From Polyangiales bacterium (GTDB lineage: Bacteria; Myxococcota_A; Polyangia; Polyangiales; CBDCBC01): 64,000 nt of DNA. Positions 47,896-57,997 of the stretch are shown in pieces (within the stretch, counting starts at the first letter, position 1; each line of letters begins with the position of its first letter). The notes under the pieces are model-generated. The model was not told the origin of the DNA, made no database searches, and saw nothing but the letters and a program-made list of their open reading frames with translations. The translations under genes were made by a program, and so were the position numbers. The DNA is taken from NCBI GenBank assembly GCA_044224525.1, contig JBGAKI010000002.1:20846-84845 (forward strand). Reading direction: 5' to 3'.

Positions 47896-48864
47896 ATGGC
47901 GATGCGAGACCTTTACGAGGTGCTTGGTGTATCAAGAACGGCAAGCAAAGACGATATCAAGAAAGCTTACCGCACGCTTGCGCGTAAGCTGCATCCTGAC
48001 AAAAACCCCGGCAATAAGAAGGCCGAGGATCAGTTCAAAGAAGTCGCGTACGCAAACGAGGTGTTGAGCGACGACAAAAAGCGTACGCTTTATGATCAGT
48101 TTGGCGAGGCAGGTTTGAAAGAAGGCTTCAATGCCGACGCTTATCGCGCGTGGCAGCAAGCTGGCGCACGCGGGGGCGGTGGGCGTCAAGTTGATTGGAG
48201 CACATTCGAAGACATGTTTGGTGGCGCACGCGGACAAGCGGGCGGCCAATATGTGGATATCGGCGATTTGTTTGGCGATTTGGGCAGCATGTTTGGCGGC
48301 GGGCGGGCGCGCGGTGGACGCCAAGGTCGTAATGCACCGAAAGGCACAGATTTGACCGCGACGATCACGGTGCCGCTACGCGATGCGGTGCTTGGGGCTG
48401 AAAGAGAAATCGGCGTGCACCAAGGTGCAAAAACCAAAGAGCTGAAGGTAAAGATCCCGGCGGGCGTGGCCGATGGGGCTGTCATGCGCTTGGCGGGACA
48501 AGGCGCCAATGGCGGCGATTTGCTCTTGACTGTTAACGTGCAAACGCACCCATGGATCGAGCGTAAGGGGGCTGATTTGTACGCAGATCTGCCGATTAGC
48601 CTGAGCGAAGCTTGGTTTGGCGCGAAGGTGGAGCTGCCGACCTTCCATGGCAACTTGTCGCTTAAGATCCCGCCGCTGACGCAAAGCGGGGCAAAATTGC
48701 GATTGCGCGCAAAAGGGGTGCATAAGCGTGATGGTTCGAGCGGCGATTTGATTGTGCGGGTGCTTGTGCAGATCCCCAAAGAGGCGCAAGAGGGTGTGAC
48801 GCCGCTGATGGAGAAGATTAAAACTTTGGATGTTGCAGACCCGCGTAAGGACCTGATCTTGTAA
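47896..48864 (+). CDS. cbpA: J-domain co-chaperone, CbpA-like (no zinc finger)
   Basis: [34 protein letters not shown], a G-rich linker, then DnaJ C-terminal domains without CxxCxGxG. Confidence 0.85.
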   Translation: MAMRDLYEVLGVSRTASKDDIKKAYRTLARKLHPDKNPGNKKAEDQFKEVAYANEVLSDDKKRTLYDQFGEAGLKEGFNADAYRAWQQAGARGGGGRQVDWSTFEDMFGGARGQAGGQYVDIGDLFGDLGSMFGGGRARGGRQGRNAPKGTDLTATITVPLRDAVLGAEREIGVHQGAKTKELKVKIPAGVADGAVMRLAGQGANGGDLLLTVNVQTHPWIERKGADLYADLPISLSEAWFGAKVELPTFHGNLSLKIPPLTQSGAKLRLRAKGVHKRDGSSGDLIVRVLVQIPKEAQEGVTPLMEKIKTLDVADPRKDLIL

Positions 48865-48877
48865 TGGAGCAGCAAAG

Positions 48878-49022
48878 AAGTTTGTGTGAGCGGGCTCGAG
48901 AAGGGGCTAAACCTGCTCACTTTTCGTTGCGCCGCTGCGCGACGAGAAAGAGCACTGCGCCTTCGGCTCCGCGACTCGTTCGCTACTTTTTAGCCCCTTC
49001 TCGAGCCTGCTCACACAAACTT
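48878..49022. repeat. ~145-bp long-hairpin intergenic repeat, copy 3
   Basis: 34-nt arms aagtttgtgtgagcgggctcgagaaggggctaaa / tttagccccttctcgagcctgctcacacaaactt, with a single G-T pair. The core is nearly identical to copy 1. Confidence 0.9.
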
Positions 49023-49082
49023 AACCTTGATTTATTGGCGGCAGGGGACACGTTTCACGTGAAATAACATGTGGTCGACACA

Positions 49083-50249
49083 ATGAGTTCGTTTGATAAA
49101 ACCGTGCGCGCAAAGCTCGATGCGTTGATGGCTGCGAACGCACTTAGGACGGAACGGGTGCTTGCGGCGGCCGATGGGGCGTTTGTAGAGGTTGGCGGCA
49201 AACGGCTATTGAGCCTGGCCTCGAATAACTATTTGGGGCTTAGCCAAAATACGGAGCTTAGGGCTGCGGCAATACAAGCGCTTGATCAGTGGGGCGTGGG
49301 AAGCGGGGGTTCGCGGCTGGTCTGCGGCACCACAAACGCACATCGCCAATGTGAAGATGCGTTTGCGGCTTATGTTGAGCGGCCCGCGGCGATGTATTTT
49401 GCGAATGCATACGCGGCTAATTTGGGGGTAATTCCGGCTTTATTTGGCGAAGGTGATCTGATTTTGAGCGATGCGCTCAATCATGCGAGCCTGATCGACG
49501 CGTGCCGTCTTTCGCGGGCCGAAAAGAAAACCTATGCGCATTTGGACCTTGAGGCGGTGGAGAACATTTTGCGAGCGGAACGCGCCAGACACAAACATTG
49601 CCTGCTTGTAAGCGAAGCGGCGTTTTCGATGGATGGCGATTGCGCCGATATGTCGGCTTATGAGCGCTCGCCGATCGGCAGGAGGCCATGATGATCGATG
49701 AAGCGTATTTCGATCGGCGTATTTGGACCCGGCGGACGGGGGCTTTGCGCACAACATGGGGTCGAGCCCGATATTGGTGTGTACGGCCTTGGCAAAGCAT
49801 TTGGACTTTTTGGGGCGTTTGTAAGCGCAAGCGATGAAACCATTCGGCTGCTGCGCAGCAGCGCCCGCGCGTACATTTATACGACCGCGGCACCGGCTTT
49901 TTGGCTTGAGGTTGTCAAAGCGGGGATTGGGTTGGTCGAACGCGCGGATGCGGCTCGAGCCACGGTGATGGCACACGCCGAACGCCTGCGAAGCGGCCTG
50001 CAGAGGGCAGGGTTGCACGTGAAACCAGGTACAGCACCGATTATTCCTTTAATTATAGGTACTAACGACGCCAGTTTGAAAATCGCGGCACTTTGCGCAG
50101 AAAAGGGGCTTTTTGTGCAGGCGATTCGCCCGCCCACGGTGCCCGAAGGAACAAGTCGGTTGCGCCTCGTGCCGACCGCAGCGCACACAAGCCAAGACAT
50201 CGAACACGCGCTAAGCTTGCTCATTGAAGCATGTCGCGCGCAAAGATAA
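49083..50249 (+). pseudogene. bioF: 8-amino-7-oxononanoate synthase (BioF), interrupted by in-frame TGA TGA caused by two compensating 1-nt indels
   Basis: ORFs 49071..49691 and 49698..50249 share one frame and together are collinear with BioF. The conserved ...LADRQEAMMIDEAY segment is readable only in another frame, between about 49665 and 49709. Confidence 0.8.
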
Positions 50250-50908
50250 TCTGTGTTACCGGAACCGGTACGGGGGTCGGAAAGACTTATGTCTGTTGCG
50301 CAATTTCGCGCATGTTGCAAGAGCGGGGACAGAATGTAGCCGCGATCAAACCCATTGAGACGGGATGCGATCCTGATCCGTCTGACGCCAGCGCGTTGGC
50401 CGACGCATGTGGAAAACAGCATTTAATTCAACAAGTTACATTCTATCGCGCGCGACTTCCGCTCGCTCCATATGCAATCACACTTGAAACTGGTCGACCA
50501 GGTCCCGACTTAGATTTGATCCGCAACACGATCCTTAGGCTCAGCCATGATCATGATTTCGTGCTTGTTGAGGGCGCTGGGGGTCTCTTAGCGCCCCTGG
50601 ATGCGCAACGCAGTTTTGCTGATTTGTGTGAAGGGTTGGATGCGCAGCTGATCCTTGTATGCGGTGATTATCTGGGAACGATCTCGCACACGCTAACGTG
50701 TATCGAATCAATCAGCCGGCGCAGACTTGATCTGTCTTGCGTTGTACTCAATGCGATCCCCCACGCGCAGCACGTTGAATCTAACCTTGGGGTGTTGCAG
50801 TCGCTGTGCCGCGCGCCAGTCATTGCCTTTGGCGGCAACCATGATCTTGTCCGATCGTTTGATCAGCTTTCGACGAGCTTGGCTTTGGCTGCTACACTAC
50901 AAACATAA
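50231..50908 (+). CDS. bioD: Dethiobiotin synthetase
   Basis: IICVTGTGTGVGKTYV P-loop and VLVEGAGGLLAPL motif. Overlaps the bioF 3' end. Confidence 0.88.
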   Translation: MSRAKIICVTGTGTGVGKTYVCCAISRMLQERGQNVAAIKPIETGCDPDPSDASALADACGKQHLIQQVTFYRARLPLAPYAITLETGRPGPDLDLIRNTILRLSHDHDFVLVEGAGGLLAPLDAQRSFADLCEGLDAQLILVCGDYLGTISHTLTCIESISRRRLDLSCVVLNAIPHAQHVESNLGVLQSLCRAPVIAFGGNHDLVRSFDQLSTSLALAATLQT

Positions 50909-50926
50909 CTTGTTTTGTGAGGTTGT

Positions 50927-52114
50927 ATGCGAAACTTATCTTTGCTTAGGCTGAAGGCGTCTGCCTTTTTTCCATTGTTGATCACCTTATCGTTTGCGTG
51001 TTCATCCGCTGATCCGCTTTCAAGTGGCGAAGGTGCGCTGCGCTCGGATTCGTCGAGCGCGGTGCGTGCTGGCGACGCGAACACATTGAGCATTCTGGGA
51101 CTGTATGAATATTCGGGCAGTGGCCTACAGAAGCAAAAATGGGGAACAGGCATGATCTGGCGAAATAAGTCGCGCGTGATCCTGACTGCCGCCCACGTGG
51201 TACGCGATCTTTTCGATACAAGCTTCAACCCCGAAGCGAATAGCATTACGATGATTTGTCTCGGGGCAAATTTCGATGTTCCTGACCATGATGACATTGC
51301 CAATAATGATCCTGATGCCATCTGTATATCAAAGAACACCATTGGGCTGGAATATAAGGTATTCAGCGCAGATCCCTTGCCACGACAATATCAGGATGAC
51401 ACCCGCGATGTGGGTATGTTGATCCTTCCGCCCAATGCTGTGTTTGATCACCCTGCTATCAAGGCCATTGAACTGAGCGCGGAACTGCCTCCCAAAGATA
51501 CATACTTTCAAGTTGAAGGTTCAAAGGATCATGGCGTTGCTCCGTTGAACGAGAATATTGCTGCCTATGACACCTACGTGCGCAATAAGGCTGCGGGCCT
51601 CAATCCACAATTCGAGAAACCTTACACTTACAACAGCACGGAACGCGACTTGACCCCTAACATCAATGATCCAGAGCTCAACGTGATTGGATTGGTGGGC
51701 ACGCGTACTTATCAACCGGGGGAGCTGAATCCGGGCAACCCTTGGAATCTAAGCGATACAAAACAACTAGCGTATAGCCCCCTTACGGAAGAAGGTGACT
51801 CGGGTGGTGGATTGATGGGTACCTTTCATCATTTCCTAGGCGCGGATTATCTTGCCCTGTACGGGTTGGTTACCTCAGGTTTTGTGACGCCCACGGCGTT
51901 GCTAAAGTCTACCGACTATTACTCGAGCGATGAGTTTATTCGCGTATATGGAAGCACGATGAAAGACATCGTTGCCAACACACCTTCTGATGCCAACACG
52001 GTGCTTTTTCAGGCAAATTTTGTGCGTGTGGATTGCGCGGCGCCTGTTCCAGTAGGCAAGTCAGAGAATGCCTGTTCTTGGATAAAAAGCCAAGTAGCAG
52101 TTTACGACCCCTAA
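50927..52114 (+). CDS. Trypsin-like (S1 family) serine protease lipoprotein, paralog of 23585..24829
   Basis: Lipobox SFACSS, His motif VILTAAHVV (identical nonamer in the paralog), Asp RDVGMLIL, Ser motif EEGDSGGGLMG. Confidence 0.75.
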   Translation: MRNLSLLRLKASAFFPLLITLSFACSSADPLSSGEGALRSDSSSAVRAGDANTLSILGLYEYSGSGLQKQKWGTGMIWRNKSRVILTAAHVVRDLFDTSFNPEANSITMICLGANFDVPDHDDIANNDPDAICISKNTIGLEYKVFSADPLPRQYQDDTRDVGMLILPPNAVFDHPAIKAIELSAELPPKDTYFQVEGSKDHGVAPLNENIAAYDTYVRNKAAGLNPQFEKPYTYNSTERDLTPNINDPELNVIGLVGTRTYQPGELNPGNPWNLSDTKQLAYSPLTEEGDSGGGLMGTFHHFLGADYLALYGLVTSGFVTPTALLKSTDYYSSDEFIRVYGSTMKDIVANTPSDANTVLFQANFVRVDCAAPVPVGKSENACSWIKSQVAVYDP

Positions 52115-52225
52115 CGAGTCGACGCTGAAAGTGACTCGCCGCGAGCAGCGCTCGTGGATCGGTGCCCGGGTTTCGGTTGCTTTGCGGCCCCTTGTTGGCT
52201 ATGTTTCGCGGCGACAGAAGCAAAT

Positions 52226-52299
<74 letters not shown>

Positions 52300-52308
52300 C
52301 TGATTGTG

Positions 52309-52403
52309 GTCCACGTACAGTTGTGCGTGGACCAGTTGATCATAGTCCACGTACGGTTGTGCGTGGACTAATCATTCTAGTCCACGTACGGTTGTGCGTG
52401 GAC
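52309..52403. repeat. Three copies of a 24-nt hairpin repeat (gtccacgtacRgttgtgcgtggac), 35-36 bp apart
   Basis: Copies at 52309-52332, 52345-52368 and 52380-52403. Each forms a 10-bp stem (one G-T pair) with a 4-nt loop, and the array starts 10 nt after tRNA-Ala. Confidence 0.9.
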
Positions 52404-52422
52404 CAGTGATTCTGGGAAAACC

Positions 52423-52450
52423 GGTGACATGCACTTTAGTGCGTGTCACC
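52423..52450. repeat. Third copy of the 28-bp near-palindromic element
   Basis: ggtgacatgcactttagtgcgtgtcacc is identical to 27566-27593. It ends 15 nt before the serC ATG. Confidence 0.9.
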
Positions 52451-52465
52451 CAGCATGGAGTCAAG

Positions 52466-53555
<1,090 letters not shown>

Positions 53556-53557
<2 letters not shown>

Positions 53558-53588
53558 CGCGCCAATCGAAGCTCGCTGTTGGCGCGCT
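53556..53588 (+). terminator. Possible terminator hairpin after serC (no U-tract)
   Basis: 10-bp perfect stem agcgcgccaa/ttggcgcgct with a 13-nt loop, overlapping the serC stop codon. Confidence 0.35.
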
Positions 53589-53760
53589 CCTTCGAGGCGC
53601 AAATTATGCCCCAACGCCGTTACACGCGATGTTCCTGTGCGCCGTCACCGGCAAACTATCAGGTTCAAACGCTGGCCCAAGCTCGCGTTAAACCGGCGTA
53701 ATACGCTGAGTTATCTAGCTTAATCAGCGTTACAACGTGGCTAGACTCGCCATCTGTTTT

Positions 53761-53776
53761 TGGCACGTATATTGCT
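53761..53776 (+). promoter_or_regulatory. Sigma-54 promoter (TGGCACG-N4-TTGCT)
   Basis: TGGCACGTATATTGCT matches the -24/-12 consensus exactly (GG-N10-GC). It lies 38 nt upstream of the ATG at 53814, which has a GGGAGAAG SD. Confidence 0.7.
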
Positions 53777-53813
53777 TCGCTGATCAGTCGTGCGTGTAAA
53801 GGGAGAAGAAGCA

Positions 53814-54737
53814 ATGAACAAGAGCAATAATTTCTTTTTAACCTGCCTTAGCGTCGGGCTCGGCACGGCTTTGCTTGCGTGCGGAAGCTCAACCGGTTCT
53901 TCCGATCCCTACGGCTCGGGCGGTGAAGCCAGCAGCCTTGAGTGCAAAGCGGGTGAATGTGCAGAATATGCGGTCACGTATGTGGATCCATGTCGAGATT
54001 CACAGTCGAGCTTTTGGGCGCTCACATTTGTGCTGAATCTAGAACTGCTCGACAGTACAAAAAAATGGCCCAGCGGCGATGTGATATTCAATGCATTTGC
54101 CGGCGACGGGACGAAGCGAACGCTGAGCGGCGTGGGAGGAAAGGGTACGCCATCGATTGACGTTGCGGATCCAACCAAAGCCACCCTTAACTTTTCCTCC
54201 ACCGGCATGGCGCTGGGTCCAGTGAGAAAAGCGGGCGCGATGTTTGCCGAGCCCAATACAGATTTCAAAATTGTCGATATCACCGTTGTGAAGGATAAAA
54301 ACCCTATCGTTCCTGAGGGCACATCGATTGAAGCTGCGGCTTGCTTACCCGTTGTCGCGACAGTGGCTACGGCGAGCAATCCAAAGTTCCAGCAGTTTGG
54401 CGCAGAAAAGTATTGGGATATCGCGTTTTCCGGAAAAGACTGCGTATCCGGGCAGACGCGTTTTTTGAAAACGACGATCATCAACGGCAGCAATGCGAAG
54501 AAAACGGTCAAAATCCGGTATGCAGATCAAATCCAAACAGGCCCCGATCTGAAAAAGTTTGACATCAACGCCGGGGCAAATGTCGAGATGGATTTAGGCG
54601 ACCTGAGTAACAACTCGTTAGATATTCTCTTCCCTTACATAGAGGGCGAGACTACGGAACAAGCCGCGACGATGTACAAAGCCAGCGCGGTTAATACCGG
54701 CACCAGCTTTGACTTTGTTTGCATCGGGCAGACATAG
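53814..54737 (+). CDS. Hypothetical lipoprotein, probably sigma-54 dependent
   Basis: MNKSNNFFLTCLSVGLGTALLAC lipobox followed by an S/G-rich linker. No family recognised. Confidence 0.6.
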   Translation: MNKSNNFFLTCLSVGLGTALLACGSSTGSSDPYGSGGEASSLECKAGECAEYAVTYVDPCRDSQSSFWALTFVLNLELLDSTKKWPSGDVIFNAFAGDGTKRTLSGVGGKGTPSIDVADPTKATLNFSSTGMALGPVRKAGAMFAEPNTDFKIVDITVVKDKNPIVPEGTSIEAAACLPVVATVATASNPKFQQFGAEKYWDIAFSGKDCVSGQTRFLKTTIINGSNAKKTVKIRYADQIQTGPDLKKFDINAGANVEMDLGDLSNNSLDILFPYIEGETTEQAATMYKASAVNTGTSFDFVCIGQT

Positions 54738-54763
54738 TCGACCCCGATCACTTCACTGGTGTG

Positions 54764-54796
54764 AGCGCCGTGCTGAAAAGTACGGCGCTTTTTTTT
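54764..54796 (+). terminator. Rho-independent terminator
   Basis: Stem agcgccgt/acggcgct with a 10-nt loop, followed by T8. Confidence 0.8.
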
Positions 54797-54822
54797 AAGC
54801 AGCTTGCGCTGTGCCAAGACGC

Positions 54823-55779
54823 TTAACCCACAAGCGCGGTCGCGCCCTTGACCGGCGCTGGTGGCGCTTCAAGCGCTTTAACGTTTTGCTTTTGCACAAT
54901 ATAGATGCCGGTAAGTACCAAGGCACCACTGATCCACTCTTTGGCGCCCAAAAGTTCGCCGAATGCAAAAACACTGCCCACCGCCACAACAAAAGGCTTG
55001 AGATTCGCGAAGACAGCTACCTGCGAGGGCGCAAGTTTGGTGAGTGCGAAGCTCCACACCACATACACGCCAACGGAACTAATCACTACCAGATAGGCGA
55101 GCGAACCCAATGCAGCGCTGTCGTGGATTGGCACGGGATGCAAATGGTTGTGCATCACAAGCGTGCCCAGAAACACCGTCGGCAATGCCAAAAGCGACAC
55201 CCAGACCATCATTTGCAGCGCACCATGTTCCAGCACAAGTGGCTGCGTGACCACGGTGTAGTGAGCCCAGACCATCACTGCAGCTAGAATCACCAAGTCG
55301 CCTACCAGCGCGTCGGCGTGCGCTGGGTTTGTGCCGGGTTTGATTAACACGACCATGCCCACCACGGCGATCAAGATACCCGTCAGGCGTGAGCGCGAGG
55401 GCGCCTCGAGTTTCATAGCGATAGCGTAGGCGTAAACAATCAACGGCGTGAGCGAGTGAATGACCACCGCGTGACTGGTCGGTGCGCCGTGTGACAGACC
55501 AAACATGAAGAGACCTTGATTGATCGACACACCCAAGGTTGCTGCAAACAAGATGCGCCAGGTGTCGCGCTTGGGGGGTTTGATCGGTAATTTAGCAAGC
55601 CACGCGACGACCAAGAGCACCAGCGCACTACCGAAGGTGCGCACACATAAGGTGGTTAGCGGGGCAACCTTTGAAAGCGCAATCTTTGCGGCGAAATAAT
55701 AACCGCTACTGAGCAGCGTATAACCGCACCCCGCCAATAACCCGACTGTATGTGCAGAATACGAGCGTTTTGTGCGCAT
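54823..55779 (-). CDS. EamA/DMT-family transporter
   Basis: 318 aa with about 10 TM segments and a duplicated EamA-like architecture. Confidence 0.85.
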   Translation of the reverse strand: MRTKRSYSAHTVGLLAGCGYTLLSSGYYFAAKIALSKVAPLTTLCVRTFGSALVLLVVAWLAKLPIKPPKRDTWRILFAATLGVSINQGLFMFGLSHGAPTSHAVVIHSLTPLIVYAYAIAMKLEAPSRSRLTGILIAVVGMVVLIKPGTNPAHADALVGDLVILAAVMVWAHYTVVTQPLVLEHGALQMMVWVSLLALPTVFLGTLVMHNHLHPVPIHDSAALGSLAYLVVISSVGVYVVWSFALTKLAPSQVAVFANLKPFVVAVGSVFAFGELLGAKEWISGALVLTGIYIVQKQNVKALEAPPAPVKGATALVG

Positions 55780-55888
55780 TGGGTTTTCTTAGCCAAGCTT
55801 CAGGGATATGCAAGCTGGGGGGCATCGACGCCTGGCAAGAGCCATGTTAAGCTTTGTGCGCCAATCTTTTTGCGAGGAAAAAGCGACC

Positions 55889-56707
55889 ATGAGCACCGAT
55901 TTGTCTCTTGATGCCATCTTTCAGCGTTTGTGGGCCGACTATGAACGCATCACGCCACAGGCCACGCGCATTCATGGGCTGCTTGAGGCGCGCGGCGAGA
56001 AATTTAGAAACGATCACATCGCGTTTCGCACCTATAACTTGCCAACTTTGAATCTTGAGAAGCTTGCGGCGCCATTCTTAGAGCGTGGGTATGTGCAAAG
56101 CGGCACTTACGTGTTTAAGCAAAAGAAGCTTGATGCGCGTAGCTATAGCCATCCCAGCGGCCAGTATCCTCGGGTATTTATTTCGGAGCTGCGTACCGAA
56201 GCGTTTTCACAAGAAGTTCAGGGCATTATCAAGAACATTGTTTCGCGGGTGAATTCGAGTGTCTCTGGGATTGAGCTATTGCTTGAACGGCCCACGTGGC
56301 CCGCGGTCAGGCTTGACGAATATGAAACGTTGCTCGAGGTGTCGGAGTTTGCTGCGTGGCTTTCAGCATTTGGCATTCGCGCCAACCACTTTACGGTGTC
56401 GTTTAATGATTTGAAGCGATTCGCTTCCATGAGTGAGTTTGCCGATTTTCTATCGAGTGAAGGATTTTCACTTAACAGTGCGGCAAAGCCAATTTTGGGC
56501 TCGCCGGCAGAGCTTTTTGAACAGTTTTCAACGCGGGCCGAGCCGATCGAGTGGACTTTTGCCAACGCCGTCAAAAAGGAAATTCCGAGCTGTTATTATG
56601 AGTTTGCGCGACGCTACGTCGACCCCAGCACAAACCAAATGTTCGATGGATTTTTGACCGACAATGCCGACAAGATTTTTGAATCGACGAACGTGCGATC
56701 GGTTTAG
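55889..56707 (+). CDS. DUF1338 / HglS-like 2-oxoadipate dioxygenase-decarboxylase family protein
   Basis: IFQRLWADYERITPQATRIHGLL...NDHIAFRTYN is the DUF1338 N-terminal pattern. Start chosen at MSTDLSLD. Confidence 0.75.
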   Translation: MSTDLSLDAIFQRLWADYERITPQATRIHGLLEARGEKFRNDHIAFRTYNLPTLNLEKLAAPFLERGYVQSGTYVFKQKKLDARSYSHPSGQYPRVFISELRTEAFSQEVQGIIKNIVSRVNSSVSGIELLLERPTWPAVRLDEYETLLEVSEFAAWLSAFGIRANHFTVSFNDLKRFASMSEFADFLSSEGFSLNSAAKPILGSPAELFEQFSTRAEPIEWTFANAVKKEIPSCYYEFARRYVDPSTNQMFDGFLTDNADKIFESTNVRSV

Positions 56708-56738
56708 CGGACATAGCTACTATTAGAGAGGTAAACAA

Positions 56739-57997
56739 ATGGAATCGCTAAAGAAGATTAACCACCTAACCCTTTTTGTCATTTCGATGGCGGCATTACA
56801 CGCTTGCACCGACCCACATCTGCAAGTTGATCCAAACGCTGTCAACATATTACCAAACGATGAGCAAACGTCGCTCAGGATCATCAACGCCAACTACGAC
56901 GCCACGAACGTCAATGTAGCCGAGCCATTAAAGGTGTGAATGGCAGCGATACGCTTTTTGATGTCACGGCTGACCTCACTACAGGTTTCGCGCATACTGC
57001 GGTCATCTTTAAAGCCACGCCGGGCGTCGAGGCGTCGGCCATCCGATCACACGTCGAGCCTGTGGTTGCCCCGTCTGGCAAAGCGCAGGTGCGATTCATT
57101 CATGCATCGACAGACCTTGGCAGTGTGGACGTCAAGCTGGGAACCGGCAGCGCTACGGCGTTGTTTGCCGCGAAAGACTTTAAGTCAGGGACTGACTACG
57201 AACTGCTTGATGCGGGCGATCAGCAGTTTGTTTTGACCGCGGCAGGTTCAACCACACCGATCGCAAGTTACAACCCCATCGCGCTTGAAAACGGTAAAGT
57301 TTATACGATCGTTGCGCTAGGCACGATCGCGGCCGATAGCGTTGATTTCAAAGTGCGGGTGTTTAGTGATAGCGGCGAAGGCAAAGCATTCGTTGATCTA
57401 ACAGAACAAAGCAATGTGCCTCTTCGCGCGATTCACGCTTCGCCCGATGCACCCGATGTCGACTTATTGATCGATGGCGCGGTCGTCAGCACAGCGTTGG
57501 CGTATCCAACAGCAACCGCGTATATCAATACCACGTCGGGTTTGCATACCCTTAAAGCTAACACTACAGGCACAGCGAACTCGCTCATTACCGAAGAGCT
57601 CAACCTGACACCGGGCAAGACTTATTCAGTCTTTGTCGCGAATCTTCTTGCAACCATCGAACCGATCGTGGTGGAAGACGACCTGAGCGCCCCCGCTGCG
57701 GGTAAAGCGCGCATTCGCGTGGCGCACATGGTGCCTGACGGGCCAGCGGCTAATTTAGAGATCTTGAACGGCGTGAACGTATTTGCTTCGATCGGTAACA
57801 CCACGTTCAAGTCGGTGAGCAACTTTATTGAAGTCGACGCGGGCACGTTTGATCTGCAACTTCGTGATGCTACCAACGACGTTATTTTGCTTGGACCTGT
57901 GCCAGTGACTTTCGTTGATGGAAAGATCTATACATACGTGCTCTATGGTCAGGTGGGCAACACCTCCGTCGGAACGCTGACTATCGAAAACAATTGA
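56739..57997 (+). pseudogene. DUF4397 repeat lipoprotein split by a frameshift at GTGTG (56934-56938)
   Basis: The 66-aa ORF carries the lipobox (AALHAC) and the start of the first DUF4397 repeat. ORF 56936..57997 continues with VRFIHASTDLGSVDV, LRAIHASPDAPDVDL and IRVAHMVPDGPAANL repeats. Removing one TG restores ...LKVNGSDTLF. Confidence 0.6.

Noticed and set aside
52309-52403. Possible mini-CRISPR array (three 24-nt palindromic repeats with unique spacers)
   Set aside because: The spacers are only 11-12 nt, there are only three repeats, no leader or cas genes are present, and the repeats are REP-like hairpins directly after a tRNA.
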